Below, piece by piece: positions 10,581 to 21,774 of a stretch of 64,000 nucleotides of DNA; position 1 is the stretch's first letter; each line of letters begins with the position of its first letter. The position numbers and the translations under genes are program-made. Source of the stretch: Methylocella sp. (lineage in GTDB: Bacteria > Pseudomonadota > Alphaproteobacteria > Rhizobiales > Beijerinckiaceae). Below the pieces are notes generated by a model. The model was not told where the DNA came from. It saw only the letters and a list, made by a program, of their open reading frames with translations, and did no database searches. The DNA is taken from NCBI GenBank assembly GCA_036561105.1, contig DATBPZ010000019.1:14757-78756 (forward strand). Direction: 5' to 3'.

Positions 10581-10842
10581 TTACATGATTTTGAACGGCG
10601 CTCCCTGTTTGGGATCATGTAGGAAGAGATGCCGCGCCGGGGTTTTCGGCACGGTGTCTCGACCTTGGCAGCGGTGTCCTTTATAATAAGGAGACTTGCC
10701 ATTGAAGACCGAGGCGCTGTGTTTGGCCACGATGTAATGTGACAGCGTTGGGATCGGGATGGCCGATTTTGATTGAGCGTGACCGGCGCAGCCTACCATC
10801 TGCGGAGGCTCGCGGAGCGCGGTGATTGGAACACGAAGCACG

Positions 10843-11973
10843 ATGACCAAGCGGTGCTATTACGAAATCCTCGGTATTTCCAAGAGCTCCACGGAGGTCG
10901 AGATGAAATCGGCTTTCCGCAAGGCAGCGATGCATTGTCACCCCGACCGGAATCCGGGGAATGCGGAAGCTGAAATTCAGTTCAAGGAACTGAACGAGGC
11001 GTACCAAATTTTGTCTGATTCGCAGAAGCGGGCGGCTTATGATCGCTATGGTCATGCCGCATTCGAGCATGGCGGTTTCGGCGCCGGAGGAGACGGGTTT
11101 GCCGCTTCCATGGCGGATATTTTCGACGATCTCTTCGGCGACATGATGCCAGGGCGCCGCAGCGGCGGACGCCGGGGTCCCGCGCGCGGCTCAGATATCC
11201 GTTATAATATGGAGATATCACTCGAAGAGGCATTTCACGGCAAAGCCGCCTCGATCAATCTGCCAACTCTCGTCGGCTGTGACGCTTGTGCCGGTTCCGG
11301 CGCCAAGCCCGGCGCCAAGCCAAGGCATTGCCCGACTTGCGGCGGACACGGGCGGGTGCGCGCGCAGCAAGGCTTTTTTGCCATTGAACGAACATGTCCG
11401 CATTGTCATGGTGGCGGCGAAATCATCGACAACCCGTGCCAATCCTGCAGCGGGTCGGGACGCATTACCAAGCAGCGCAACCTTTCCGTCAATATTCCGC
11501 CAGGTGTCGAGGATGGCACACGGATCCGTCTCGGTGGCGAGGGCGAGGCAGGAGCAAAAGGCGGTCCATCCGGCGATCTTTACATTTTTATATCGACGAA
11601 ACCGCATCCATTTTTCCAACGCGAGGGCGCCGATCTCTTCTGCCGCGTTCCAATCTCTATGGTCCAGGCGGCGCTGGGGGCCGAAGTGAGCGTCCACACG
11701 CTAGAAGGTGGTGAAGCAAAGGTTAAGATTCCTGAGGGAACTCAATCCGGCAAACAGTTCAAACTGAAGGGCAAGGGGATGCCCGTACTGCGTGCGCGCG
11801 ATACTGGCGACCTCTATATCGAAGTAAGAATTGAAACGCCCCAAAATCTCACCAAGCGGCAACGCGAACTTCTTTCAGAGTTCGAATCTTTGTCCTCGAC
11901 AAAAACGCATCCAGAATCCGCCGGGTTTTTTGCCAAGATGAAGGACTTTTTCGAGAATCTCAGCAGTCAGTGA
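10843..11973 (+). CDS. dnaJ: Molecular chaperone DnaJ
   Basis: Start at ATG 10843 ([16 protein letters not shown]). J-domain HPD motif (HCHPDRNPG), G/F-rich region, and four CxxCxGxG zinc-finger repeats ([32 protein letters not shown]). Confidence 0.97.
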   Translation: MTKRCYYEILGISKSSTEVEMKSAFRKAAMHCHPDRNPGNAEAEIQFKELNEAYQILSDSQKRAAYDRYGHAAFEHGGFGAGGDGFAASMADIFDDLFGDMMPGRRSGGRRGPARGSDIRYNMEISLEEAFHGKAASINLPTLVGCDACAGSGAKPGAKPRHCPTCGGHGRVRAQQGFFAIERTCPHCHGGGEIIDNPCQSCSGSGRITKQRNLSVNIPPGVEDGTRIRLGGEGEAGAKGGPSGDLYIFISTKPHPFFQREGADLFCRVPISMVQAALGAEVSVHTLEGGEAKVKIPEGTQSGKQFKLKGKGMPVLRARDTGDLYIEVRIETPQNLTKRQRELLSEFESLSSTKTHPESAGFFAKMKDFFENLSSQ

Positions 11974-12104
11974 CATCCCCGCTTGACGGTGCCCTTTTTG
12001 GCGCGCGCCCTCTTGCCCGTTTCTTTTATTTATGTTTGATGACAGCGCGCCCTTGTTGGCGGTTTTGCAGGTGAGATCTGCCCTGCAAGAGGGAGGACCG
12101 TTTC

Positions 12105-12980
12105 TTGGGTAGCCTACCCGCGCGCGCCAAGCGGCGCAGTTCACCAAAACGAAACACGCCGATCGAAAAGCGGATCGCGGACGAGGCGCGCTTTTTCCGG
12201 TCTTGGCTCGACAACCCCGCACTTGCCGGAGCTGTCTCCCCATCCGGGCGATTTTTGGCGCGCATGATGGCGCGTTATGTCGATCCGATCAAAGGCGGAC
12301 CGATCGTTGAACTGGGACCTGGCACCGGCGCGATCACCGAAGCGCTGCTGGAGCGCGGTATCGCACCAGGGCGGCTTTTCCTCGTCGAATTCGACCCGGG
12401 TTTTTGCAAGCTCTTGAAACGGCGCTTTCCCGGCGTTCATGTCATCAAGGGGGATGCTTATAACTTGACGGAGACTTTGAGCAACCGTCTCCGGCGGCCC
12501 CCCGGGGCGATTGTCTCGAGTTTGCCGCTATTGTTAAAGCCCGAAATACAAAGGATCGCGCTTCTCGCAGACGCGTTTCAGTGCATGACGCCGGACGGGC
12601 GTTTCATCCAGTTTACTTACGGTCCTCTCTCGCCCATCCCCCGCGATCAAGCGTCCGCGCTCGCCTTTGACGTCGAAGCGTCGCCACCTGTCTGGTTGAA
12701 TCTGCCTCCGGCGCGCGTCTGGATTTACCGCCGGCAACAGGAGGGGGCAATCGATGTTCCGCAACGTCAACTGAACCCGGCGCAGGAATTTCTGGACCGT
12801 CTCAAACTCGGGACCGAAAAGATACATCTCGACTTGAAAAAAGAAATTGCCGCCGCCAGGGCGAGGCTCCGGCGGGAACCACCATTCGACCAGGCTACGC
12901 GTCAAGCGGGACGCCCGGACTCCGTTTCTTCGAGTTCGCGCGGGCGCGCAACCGGCATCGATAGTTCCCGCCATTTGTGA
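12105..12980 (+). CDS. pmtA: Class-I SAM-dependent methyltransferase, phospholipid N-methyltransferase (PmtA)-like, with C-terminal extension
   Basis: TTG start 8 nt after GAGGGAGGA. SAM motif I is VELGPGTGAITEALLERG. FFRSWLDNPALAGAVSPSG resembles rhizobial PmtA. It sits downstream of dnaKJ as in Bradyrhizobium (from memory). At 291 aa it is roughly 80 aa longer than I recall for PmtA. Confidence 0.6.
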   Translation: MGSLPARAKRRSSPKRNTPIEKRIADEARFFRSWLDNPALAGAVSPSGRFLARMMARYVDPIKGGPIVELGPGTGAITEALLERGIAPGRLFLVEFDPGFCKLLKRRFPGVHVIKGDAYNLTETLSNRLRRPPGAIVSSLPLLLKPEIQRIALLADAFQCMTPDGRFIQFTYGPLSPIPRDQASALAFDVEASPPVWLNLPPARVWIYRRQQEGAIDVPQRQLNPAQEFLDRLKLGTEKIHLDLKKEIAAARARLRREPPFDQATRQAGRPDSVSSSSRGRATGIDSSRHL

Positions 12981-13723
12981 TGGGCGCGAATGCTCTTCAT
13001 CAACGAGAACTAACAATTGCTCGCGACAAGCTTATCGTAGCGCTCGATGTCCCAACGCCGCGGGATGCGAGGGCACTTGTATCCGCCCTTGAAGATACAG
13101 TCGTCTTCTACAAGATTGGCTTGGAACTCGCCTATAGCGGCGGACTTGCTTTCGCCGAGGAACTGATCAAGAACGGCAAACAGGTCTTTCTCGACCTCAA
13201 GCTGCATGACATCCCCGCCACAGTAAGCCGGGCCTGTGCCCAGGTTGCCAATTCAGGGGCAAGCTTTCTCACCGTTCACGCCTACCCGCAGACCATGCGT
13301 GCGGCCAAGATCGCTACGGTAGGTTCTTCCCTGCGCGTTCTCGGCGTGACCGTCTTGACATCCTGCGATGATCTCGATCTCGCCGAAGCAGGTTACGCTT
13401 ACGGGGTTCGCGATCTCGTAGCGCGACGTGCGACGCAGGCTTGCGAAGCTGGTATCGATGGCTTGATTCTCTCCGCCGGCGAGGCAAGCTCCATACGCGC
13501 GAGCATCGGGCACAAATTGATCCTTGTCACCCCGGGAATCCGTCCCGAAGGCAGCGCCGTCGCCGATCAGAAAAGATCGGCAACTCCTGCCGCGGCAATC
13601 AAAGCCGGAGCGGATTATTTGGTTGTCGGCCGGCCGATTACGGGAGCCGGAAATCCGCGCGAGGCAGCGGTCTCAATCAGTGCCGAAATTGCGGCGGCCC
13701 GGTCCCCAAATCATGTGTCTTGA
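12977..13723 (+). CDS. pyrF: Orotidine 5'-phosphate decarboxylase
   Basis: 248 aa. LIVALDV..FYKIGLEL..FLDLKLHDIPATV..LVVGRPIT motifs. The start overlaps the pmtA stop (GTGATG). Confidence 0.9.
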   Translation: MMGANALHQRELTIARDKLIVALDVPTPRDARALVSALEDTVVFYKIGLELAYSGGLAFAEELIKNGKQVFLDLKLHDIPATVSRACAQVANSGASFLTVHAYPQTMRAAKIATVGSSLRVLGVTVLTSCDDLDLAEAGYAYGVRDLVARRATQACEAGIDGLILSAGEASSIRASIGHKLILVTPGIRPEGSAVADQKRSATPAAAIKAGADYLVVGRPITGAGNPREAAVSISAEIAAARSPNHVS

Positions 13724-13945
13724 AATCCTCAAACGCAAAACGCCGGGCGTACCTCCGGCCCGGCGCGCGATCCAGAAGCGCCATCGGCGATGCAGGATCA
13801 ATGCGTATATGGAAGAATGCCGTGACGGCATGATGACGAGTCACCCAACTCAGACAGAAGGAACGTATCTCTCGCTTGAAGCGCTTTTCCTCAAGCCTGT
13901 CAGGCATTATAGCTAAGGCTCGGAGAGGATTGCTGGAGATCGGCC

Positions 13946-14758
13946 ATGGGTGAAATGCGGCTTGTCGTTGCTGGAGCGGCTGGACGCATGGGCCGCGTGC
14001 TCATTGAGATCATTCGCCAAACGCCGGGCGCACATCTCGCAGGCGCGATAGAACAACCAAACTCGATCGCCATTGGCCAGGATGCGGGGCTACTCGCTGG
14101 TTGCGGCCAGATGGGCGTCGCGATCAGCGGCGACGCGCTCTCTGCCGTTGCCGCGGCAGACGGAATCCTCGATTTCACCTCGCCTCAATCGACGGTTGAG
14201 CTCGCGGCACTGGCTGCACAGGCTCGCCTTGTTCACGTCATCGGCACGACAGGCTTGAGCGCAGATGATCTCGCAAAAATCGAAGCCGCTGCTCGTCACG
14301 CAATCATCGTACGGTCAGGCAACATGAGTCTTGGCGTCAATCTCCTCGCCGCGCTTGTCAAAAAGGCCGCGAAAACGCTGGGGCCGGAATATGACGTCGA
14401 GATCGTCGAAATGCATCATCGCATGAAGGTGGATGCCCCCTCCGGGACCGCGCTTCTCCTCGGCACGGCGGCGGCGGAGGGGCGTGGTATCGCCCTCGAA
14501 GGGCACGCCATCCGCGCCCGTGATGGTCACACGGGCATGCGCAAAATCGGCGATATTGGCTTTGCGACGCTCCGCGGCGGCACCGTGATCGGCGATCACA
14601 AAGTTATTCTCGCGGGACCGAGCGAGAGAATCGAACTCACCCATATCGCGGAAGACCGCAATATTTTCGCGCGGGGCGCCGTACAGGCCGCGCTTTGGGG
14701 CAAAGACAAAAAGCCCGGCCTTTATTCCATGACGGACGTTTTGGGGCTCGGAGACTGA
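13946..14758 (+). CDS. dapB: 4-hydroxy-tetrahydrodipicolinate reductase
   Basis: 270 aa. N-terminal Rossmann motif [11 protein letters not shown] and the DapB signature [19 protein letters not shown]. Confidence 0.92.
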   Translation: MGEMRLVVAGAAGRMGRVLIEIIRQTPGAHLAGAIEQPNSIAIGQDAGLLAGCGQMGVAISGDALSAVAAADGILDFTSPQSTVELAALAAQARLVHVIGTTGLSADDLAKIEAAARHAIIVRSGNMSLGVNLLAALVKKAAKTLGPEYDVEIVEMHHRMKVDAPSGTALLLGTAAAEGRGIALEGHAIRARDGHTGMRKIGDIGFATLRGGTVIGDHKVILAGPSERIELTHIAEDRNIFARGAVQAALWGKDKKPGLYSMTDVLGLGD

Positions 14759-14900
14759 ACCATTTGGCGCCAGTCCATGCTGGCGGTCTGCGAATGGCAC
14801 ACCAATTGCGCCGGGAAGCCGTCAGTATGGCGGTGGCCCTGTCAGCACGCCCCCAGCGGCCCCATATCAGCGTTGGCAGCGGCTGCGAAAAATATCTCAC

Positions 14901-17900
14901 ATGGCTTTGGACCTCGCCCTACCCGCTTTTTCGGCCCCCTACGCAGAGGAAGACGAAACACTCGCGGCTGCGCTCCTCGCCAACGCGGACCTTGGTGCGG
15001 AAGCTGAGGTGCGCATTGACCAGCGAGCATTGCGGCTCATCGATGCGGTGCGGAACCAATCGATCCGCATTGGCGGCATTGAAGATCTTTTGCGCGAATA
15101 TTCGTTGTCGTCAGAGGAAGGCCTCGCACTGATGGTTCTCGCAGAATCGCTTCTGCGGGTTCCTGACGATCTTACCGCCAACTGGCTCATCGAAGACAAG
15201 CTCACCTCAGCGCATTGGGACCATCACGCAAAATCGGAAGCTCTCCTCGTCTCCGCCGCTGCTTGGGCGCTTGGGATCACCGCGCGGGCCATCGACAAGG
15301 GAAGGTCTGCGGAAGGAGTGGTTGCGACGCTTGCGCGCAGGATTGGCATGGGCGCCTTGCGGACCGCCGCGCGCCGGGCGGTGGAGCTCATGGGGTCGCA
15401 TTTCGTCCTCGGTCAAACCATTGAAGAGGCTTTGCAGCGCGCTTGCGCGAAGTACGAGCGGCTTGACTGCTATTCCTTCGATATGCTGGGCGAAGGCGCG
15501 CGCACTGCGAATGACGCGCAGCGCTATTTCGACTCCTATGCGCATGCGATCGATGCGATCGGCAAATCCGCGGGACCTGGCGTGTTGCCAGAGCGCCCGG
15601 GTATCTCCGTCAAGCTTTCGGCGCTGCATCCCCGATTTGAGCCCTTGTCGCGGCCACGCGTCCTCGCCGAGCTTTTGCCGCGCATCGCGGTACTTGCCCG
15701 GCGAGCGAAGCAGCATGATTTGCTCTTCATCATCGATGCCGAGGAAGCCGACCGGCTTGAGCTTTCCCTGGACATTATCGACTTGTTGTTTGCCGATCGG
15801 ACACTCTCGGGTTGGCACGGATTTGGCCTCGCGGTGCAGGCCTATCAGAAGCGGGCTTTGGCGGTCATCGATCATGTTGCGGCGATGGCGCGCCACTATG
15901 ATCGCCCGTTCATGCTGCGGCTGGTAAAGGGCGCTTATTGGGACAGTGAAATCAAGCGGGCGCAAGAACGGGGTCTTGCCGGTTATCCAGTTTTTTCGCG
16001 TAAAGCGATGACTGATCTGAACTACCTTGCCTGCGCGAAAAAACTCCTCGCGATGCGGGATATCGTGTACCCGCAATTTGCAACCCACAATGCATTGACG
16101 ATCGCGACAATCGCCGAACTCGCGCGAGGCACCGGAGGGTACGAATTCCAGCGCCTCCACGGCATGGGCGAAGACCTCTTCGCCGCCTTGCGGAGCGACC
16201 TGCCAAAGATTGCGTACCGCGTCTACGCGCCGGTCGGCATGCATGAAAATTTGCTGGCCTATCTCGTCCGCCGGCTTCTCGAAAATGGCGCCAATTCGTC
16301 CTTTGTTGCGCGGCTTGGCGATCCGCATATCCCCGCCTCGGAACTTATTGTCCGTCCGCAAGCCATTATAGGGGATCGCAGCCGGGCGCGTCCGGCGGAT
16401 CTGCCATTGCCGAGACATATCCATATGCCGGCACGCATGCTCGCCGAAGGAGTGGAATTCGGCGACCGCATCGCGTCAGATGCTCTGTTGGCGCAAATAG
16501 CGGGTGCCACACCGAACTTTGATGCCGCGCCCATCATCTCGGGCATGCGGCGCGATGGAGACTTGCGCAAAATTGTTTCACCGATTGACGGAATTGTGAT
16601 CGGGAGCGTCGGCGAAACCTCCCCTGGCCTATTAACCGAAGCGATGATGAGTGCGCGCGCGGGGTTTCGCGCGTGGTCGCATGAGCCTGCCAAACTGCGG
16701 GCGGCTTGTCTTGATCGAACTGCGCAACTGATCGAAGCGGAGGCGCCAAACTTTCTTCATCTGCTCCAAGTCGAAGCAGGCAAGACGATCGAAGACGCCG
16801 TCAGCGAACTCCGGGAAGCCGTGGATTTCTGCCGCTATTACGCGCATCAAGCGCGACGGCAATTGGAACGCGCAGATTCGCTGCGCGGGCCAACCGGGGA
16901 GGACAATCGCCTCCAGTTGCACGGGCGGGGCGTCTTCCTATGTATCAGCCCTTGGAACTTTCCTTTGTCGATTTTTACCGGCCAGGTTGCAGCGGCACTT
17001 GCCGCAGGAAATAGTGTCCTCGCGAAGCCTTCCGAGCAGACCCCTTTGATCGCCGCGGCAGCCATCCATCTCTTGCATCGTGCTGGCGTGCCAGGCTCGG
17101 CGCTGCATTTTTTGCCGGGTGATGGCGGGCTTGGGGAGCAGCTTGTTTCCTTGCCTGGGATTGCGGGTGTCGCCTTCACAGGCTCGATGGAAATCGCGAG
17201 CAAGATCAATCGCGCTTTGGCCGCGAAGGACGGACCAATTCCCGTGTTGATCGCGGAGACCGGGGGCATCAACACAATGATCGCCGACGCAACCGCCCTG
17301 CCCGAGCAAGTCTGCGACGATGTGCTTGCCTCGGCGTTCCGTTCGGCTGGGCAACGGTGTTCGGCCTTGCGGATTCTCTGTGTGCAGGATGATATCGCCG
17401 ACCGGGTGATCACAATGATCGCCGGGGCGGCGCGGGAACTTGCAATCGGCGATCCGCGCGATGCCCGCGTTCAAATCGGCCCCGTGATCGACGCTGATGC
17501 CAAGGCGAGGCTGGATGCCCACATCGCACGCATGAAGCATACGGCCTTGGTCCATTATGCTGGTGAAATACCATCATGCGTGCCGCGAGGCGGTTTCTAT
17601 GTCGCGCCTCACATTTTCGAAATTGATGCCGTGAGCGATCTCAAATGTGAGGTTTTCGGCCCTATATTACATGTCGTTCGTTTCAAGGCGGCGGACCTCG
17701 ATCTATTGCTCGATGCGATCGAAGCCTACGGGTCTGGGCTGACCTTGGGCGTGCATTCACGAATCGATGCCACGGCTGAACGCATTTTAGCGCGGCGCCT
17801 TGCAGGCAATTGCTATGTCAATCGCAATATGATCGGCGCCGTCGTCGGCACCCAGCCGTTTGGCGGCTTCAATCTTTCTGGCACCGGGCCAAAGGCGGGC

Positions 17901-17999
17901 GGACCGCACTATCTCAACCGCTTTTGTCTTGAGCAAACGATTTCGATCAACACTGCGGCAACCGGCGGCAACCCGCATCTTATCAACAGCACACAATGA
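14901..17999 (+). CDS. putA: Bifunctional proline dehydrogenase / L-glutamate-gamma-semialdehyde (P5C) dehydrogenase PutA (short form, no N-terminal RHH domain seen)
   Basis: 1032 aa. PRODH barrel region (SVKLSALHPRFE, LRLVKGAYWDSEIKRAQ, ATHNALTIA, FQRLHGMGE) followed by an aldehyde dehydrogenase domain (ISPWNFPL, ETGGINTMI, FRSAGQRCSALR). Confidence 0.93.
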   Translation: MALDLALPAFSAPYAEEDETLAAALLANADLGAEAEVRIDQRALRLIDAVRNQSIRIGGIEDLLREYSLSSEEGLALMVLAESLLRVPDDLTANWLIEDKLTSAHWDHHAKSEALLVSAAAWALGITARAIDKGRSAEGVVATLARRIGMGALRTAARRAVELMGSHFVLGQTIEEALQRACAKYERLDCYSFDMLGEGARTANDAQRYFDSYAHAIDAIGKSAGPGVLPERPGISVKLSALHPRFEPLSRPRVLAELLPRIAVLARRAKQHDLLFIIDAEEADRLELSLDIIDLLFADRTLSGWHGFGLAVQAYQKRALAVIDHVAAMARHYDRPFMLRLVKGAYWDSEIKRAQERGLAGYPVFSRKAMTDLNYLACAKKLLAMRDIVYPQFATHNALTIATIAELARGTGGYEFQRLHGMGEDLFAALRSDLPKIAYRVYAPVGMHENLLAYLVRRLLENGANSSFVARLGDPHIPASELIVRPQAIIGDRSRARPADLPLPRHIHMPARMLAEGVEFGDRIASDALLAQIAGATPNFDAAPIISGMRRDGDLRKIVSPIDGIVIGSVGETSPGLLTEAMMSARAGFRAWSHEPAKLRAACLDRTAQLIEAEAPNFLHLLQVEAGKTIEDAVSELREAVDFCRYYAHQARRQLERADSLRGPTGEDNRLQLHGRGVFLCISPWNFPLSIFTGQVAAALAAGNSVLAKPSEQTPLIAAAAIHLLHRAGVPGSALHFLPGDGGLGEQLVSLPGIAGVAFTGSMEIASKINRALAAKDGPIPVLIAETGGINTMIADATALPEQVCDDVLASAFRSAGQRCSALRILCVQDDIADRVITMIAGAARELAIGDPRDARVQIGPVIDADAKARLDAHIARMKHTALVHYAGEIPSCVPRGGFYVAPHIFEIDAVSDLKCEVFGPILHVVRFKAADLDLLLDAIEAYGSGLTLGVHSRIDATAERILARRLAGNCYVNRNMIGAVVGTQPFGGFNLSGTGPKAGGPHYLNRFCLEQTISINTAATGGNPHLINSTQ

Positions 18000-18069
18000 A
18001 TTTCGTTTGAATTTGCAGGAACTCCCACGTTCGGATTTTGTTTTCTGGAGAGAGGAGGATTCCAATTTG

Positions 18070-19122
18070 GTGGGTTTGCGCTTGCCTACGCCTATCTGCC
18101 TCTCGCCGAAGTGGGTCGCACCGCCTGCGAGGGAAGATGCGGCGGGAACGGTTCTGCCGTTCCGTGAGCGGACGCCTTGGTTTGGGGGTGACCTGCAAAC
18201 CCTCCGCTATGCCCTGCGCGGCGCTCCCCCGGATTTGCCTGGAGGCGAGCGGCTGCTGCTACGGATGCCCGACGGCGACCGGCTGGCGGCCCGGCTGGAT
18301 CGCCAGGCCGACCCAATCACCAGGCCGCTCGTCGTGCTCGTGCATGGTCTTACAGGTTCCGAAGCCAGCGGGTGCGTGGTGGCGAGTATGCGACATCTGG
18401 TCGGCCAGGGCTGGCCGGTCTTGCGCCTCAACCTGCGCGGAACCCTCCCTTCGCTCCCGACCGCCACAGGGCATTATCATGCCGGCCGGACAGAAGATTT
18501 GGCGGATGCCTTGCGCGGGCTGCCGGGCGATCTTACCCGCCATGGGATCGTCCTGCTCGGCCATTCGCTGGGCGGCAATCTCGTGCTCAAATTCATGGGC
18601 GAAGGCGGGCATGGCATGCCGGTGCTTGCCGCCGTGGCGGTTTCCACCCCTCTTGACTTAGCGGCGACCTGTGCCCGGATGATGGCCCGGCGTAATTACG
18701 GCTATCAACGCTACATGCTCGAGGCGATGAAACGGGAAGCGCTGGCTCCGGGTTCCTCTGTTAGCACGACTGAGCGGGCTACCATCGCCGCCGTCCGGAA
18801 CGTTTATGAATTCGACGATCGCTTCATCGCGCCACTCTTTGGCTATAAGGATGCCCAGGACTATTACGAAAGCAATGCCGCTAAGCATTTCCTTGCTGGC
18901 ATCGCGCGGCCGACACTGGTGCTCCACGCCTTGGACGACCCTTGGATTCCCGCTGCGTGCTATACTGCGATCGACTGGCCGCGCCTGCCGAAGATCGAAA
19001 CGGTTTTGACCCCACGCGGCGGGCATCTGGGCTTCCACGGACAAGGCAGCCGCGTTCCTTGGCACGACCGCATGACGGCGTGGTGGCTTGCACGCAAGTT
19101 CCGGTTTGGCCCAAATCGATGA
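18070..19122 (+). CDS. Alpha/beta-fold hydrolase (YheT-like)
   Basis: The track ORF 17860..19122 overlaps the putA 3' end. A plausible start is TTG 18067 or GTG 18070. Nucleophile elbow GHSLGGN, HGLTGSE motif, LHALDDPWIP, and GGHLGF near the C-terminus. Confidence 0.75.
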   Translation: MGLRLPTPICLSPKWVAPPAREDAAGTVLPFRERTPWFGGDLQTLRYALRGAPPDLPGGERLLLRMPDGDRLAARLDRQADPITRPLVVLVHGLTGSEASGCVVASMRHLVGQGWPVLRLNLRGTLPSLPTATGHYHAGRTEDLADALRGLPGDLTRHGIVLLGHSLGGNLVLKFMGEGGHGMPVLAAVAVSTPLDLAATCARMMARRNYGYQRYMLEAMKREALAPGSSVSTTERATIAAVRNVYEFDDRFIAPLFGYKDAQDYYESNAAKHFLAGIARPTLVLHALDDPWIPAACYTAIDWPRLPKIETVLTPRGGHLGFHGQGSRVPWHDRMTAWWLARKFRFGPNR

Positions 19123-19231
19123 GACAGGCTAAGTTGAAGCTCTGCCCGCGAAAGGTCGCCGAACAAACCCTCGAGGCGAGACAAAGTCCATTGCGCTCAA
19201 GGACATTCCGCTAGATCCGGGGATAACGAAC

Positions 19232-19993
19232 CTACCGCGATGCCACGCGCCGCCATTTCGCTTCGACACGTCTTGTGATTGCCTTCACCCTGGCTTCCTG
19301 CGCGGCCCAAAAAGCGCGGCTCACCGCCGCCGTTCGTATCCTCGGTCCGCGTTTCACCGCTTGAGTGGGAGGAATCGTTGGCTCAAAAACAAATGGCACG
19401 GATGTCGCCGCCGCGAAGGGCGATCCGACGGCCGCAAGATGCGCGCGCGCGCGGCCGCAATAATTCACAGAAAGGGCCGACATCATCTCCTCGCCGTGAC
19501 CCGCCCGGTATTTCATGAGGGCGCGGCAAAGGTCGCCATTGGCGAGACGCCAAGCCTGGCCAAGATAAGTCACCCCGTAATGAATATTGACGTCCGGCTT
19601 CGCGAGCTCGGCAGCATCGCCTTTAAAGCCCAGCATTGCCGCTGTCTCGGGCCGCACTTGCATCAGGCCGATTTCTCCGACGCCACCGACGGCACCCGGA
19701 TCATAGCCGCTCTCGATCGCCGCGACCGCGTCGGCAATATCGGGCGGAAGCCCGTTTTTTTCGGCTTCCCGTTTGATGAGTGTGCGATAGAAACCTCTGG
19801 TGGACGCGTCAATATTTTTCGGGTTCAAGGCTTGGTCCCAGTTAGCCTCTGGCACCATAGGCGGCTGTGCCTGAGCATCCGCTCCAACCGGTCGTGGAAC
19901 CGGCAGCGGCGGACTTTCCTCGGCCAAGGCCGTGCCCGCCTGGGTTAGGAAAATCGCGCATGAAAGGCCGGAAGCGGTTTTGCGGAAGGGCAT
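19232..19993 (-). CDS. Lytic transglycosylase (SLT domain) protein
   Basis: Track ORF 19232..20152; start set at ATG 19993 (MPFRKTASGLSCAIFLTQAGTALA, a signal peptide). SLT catalytic motif AIESGYDPGAVGGVGEIGLMQV, then YGVTYL. Confidence 0.75.
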   Translation of the reverse strand: MPFRKTASGLSCAIFLTQAGTALAEESPPLPVPRPVGADAQAQPPMVPEANWDQALNPKNIDASTRGFYRTLIKREAEKNGLPPDIADAVAAIESGYDPGAVGGVGEIGLMQVRPETAAMLGFKGDAAELAKPDVNIHYGVTYLGQAWRLANGDLCRALMKYRAGHGEEMMSALSVNYCGRARAHLAAVGSPFAAATSVPFVFEPTIPPTQAVKRGPRIRTAAVSRAFWAAQEARVKAITRRVEAKWRRVASR

Positions 19994-20183
19994 CTGTTTC
20001 CTTTGTCCTAAGTGCTCAACCCGGACCATGCGACAGTAGCACCAAAAGTTTAAGGGGATTTTTTTCCGCTTGTTCAATGAAATAACCGCTTTATAAACAA
20101 AGACATAGAGATTATTAGCGGCAATACACAGGCAAAGAAGATAGTCAGCCAAAAGAGTCCGTCAGCAAAGCGCAACTTCCTAA

Positions 20184-21551
<1,368 letters not shown>

Positions 21552-21589
21552 GGCAGAGTTTGATCCGCCGTGGAATCCACAAGGCAAAC

Positions 21590-21621
21590 AGGCCCGCTGG
21601 AGAACCGGCGGGCCTTTTTTA
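21590..21621 (+). terminator. Rho-independent terminator after eno
   Basis: Stem AGGCCCGC (21590-21597) / GCGGGCCT (21608-21615) followed by TTTTTTAT. Confidence 0.7.
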
Positions 21622-21774
21622 TGAAATATTCGCGTCACACTGACCAGGCTATACTTAATACGCCGACACTCTTCGTTTTCTCCGGCTTAATCTAGGCCTT
21701 TCCATAGAACTCAAAAGAGAATTTGCAGGTTTTTTTTATTGTAGAAAAGGATTCGAGATGATTGCAGCGACGTA

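Noticed and set aside
8465-10702. 745-aa ORF on the minus strand, the longest ORF in its region
   Set aside because: It lies exactly antisense to dnaK. Its composition is Arg/Leu/Gly/Asp-rich and low in information, as expected for the mirror frame of a GC-rich, highly conserved gene. Long antisense ORFs opposite hsp70 are a known artefact, sometimes mis-annotated as NAD-glutamate dehydrogenase. The dnaK frame has unmistakable Hsp70 motifs.
10640-10710. Second sigma-32 or sigma-70 promoter in front of dnaJ (CTTGGCAGCGGTGTCCTTTATAATAAGG)
   Set aside because: The spacing does not fit. TTGGCA to TATAAT is only 11 nt, and CTTG-N17 is followed by AATAAGG rather than CYTATNT.
13677-13907. 76-aa minus-strand ORF in the pyrF-dapB gap
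   Set aside because: It overlaps the 3' end of pyrF by 47 nt. It has no SD and no recognisable domain, and its composition (Arg/His/Phe-rich) is atypical of the local genes. It is probably noise.
15207-16424. 405-aa minus-strand ORF, plus several 100-220-aa ORFs, inside putA
   Set aside because: These are shadow ORFs antisense to or out of frame with the 1032-aa PutA gene. They have Arg/Pro/Gly-rich nonsense composition and no recognisable motifs. The same reasoning applies to 5231-6283 (antisense to the aminotransferase), 59457-60581 and 60585-61343 (antisense to pccA), 20232-21191 (antisense to eno) and 42137-42985 (antisense to MATE).
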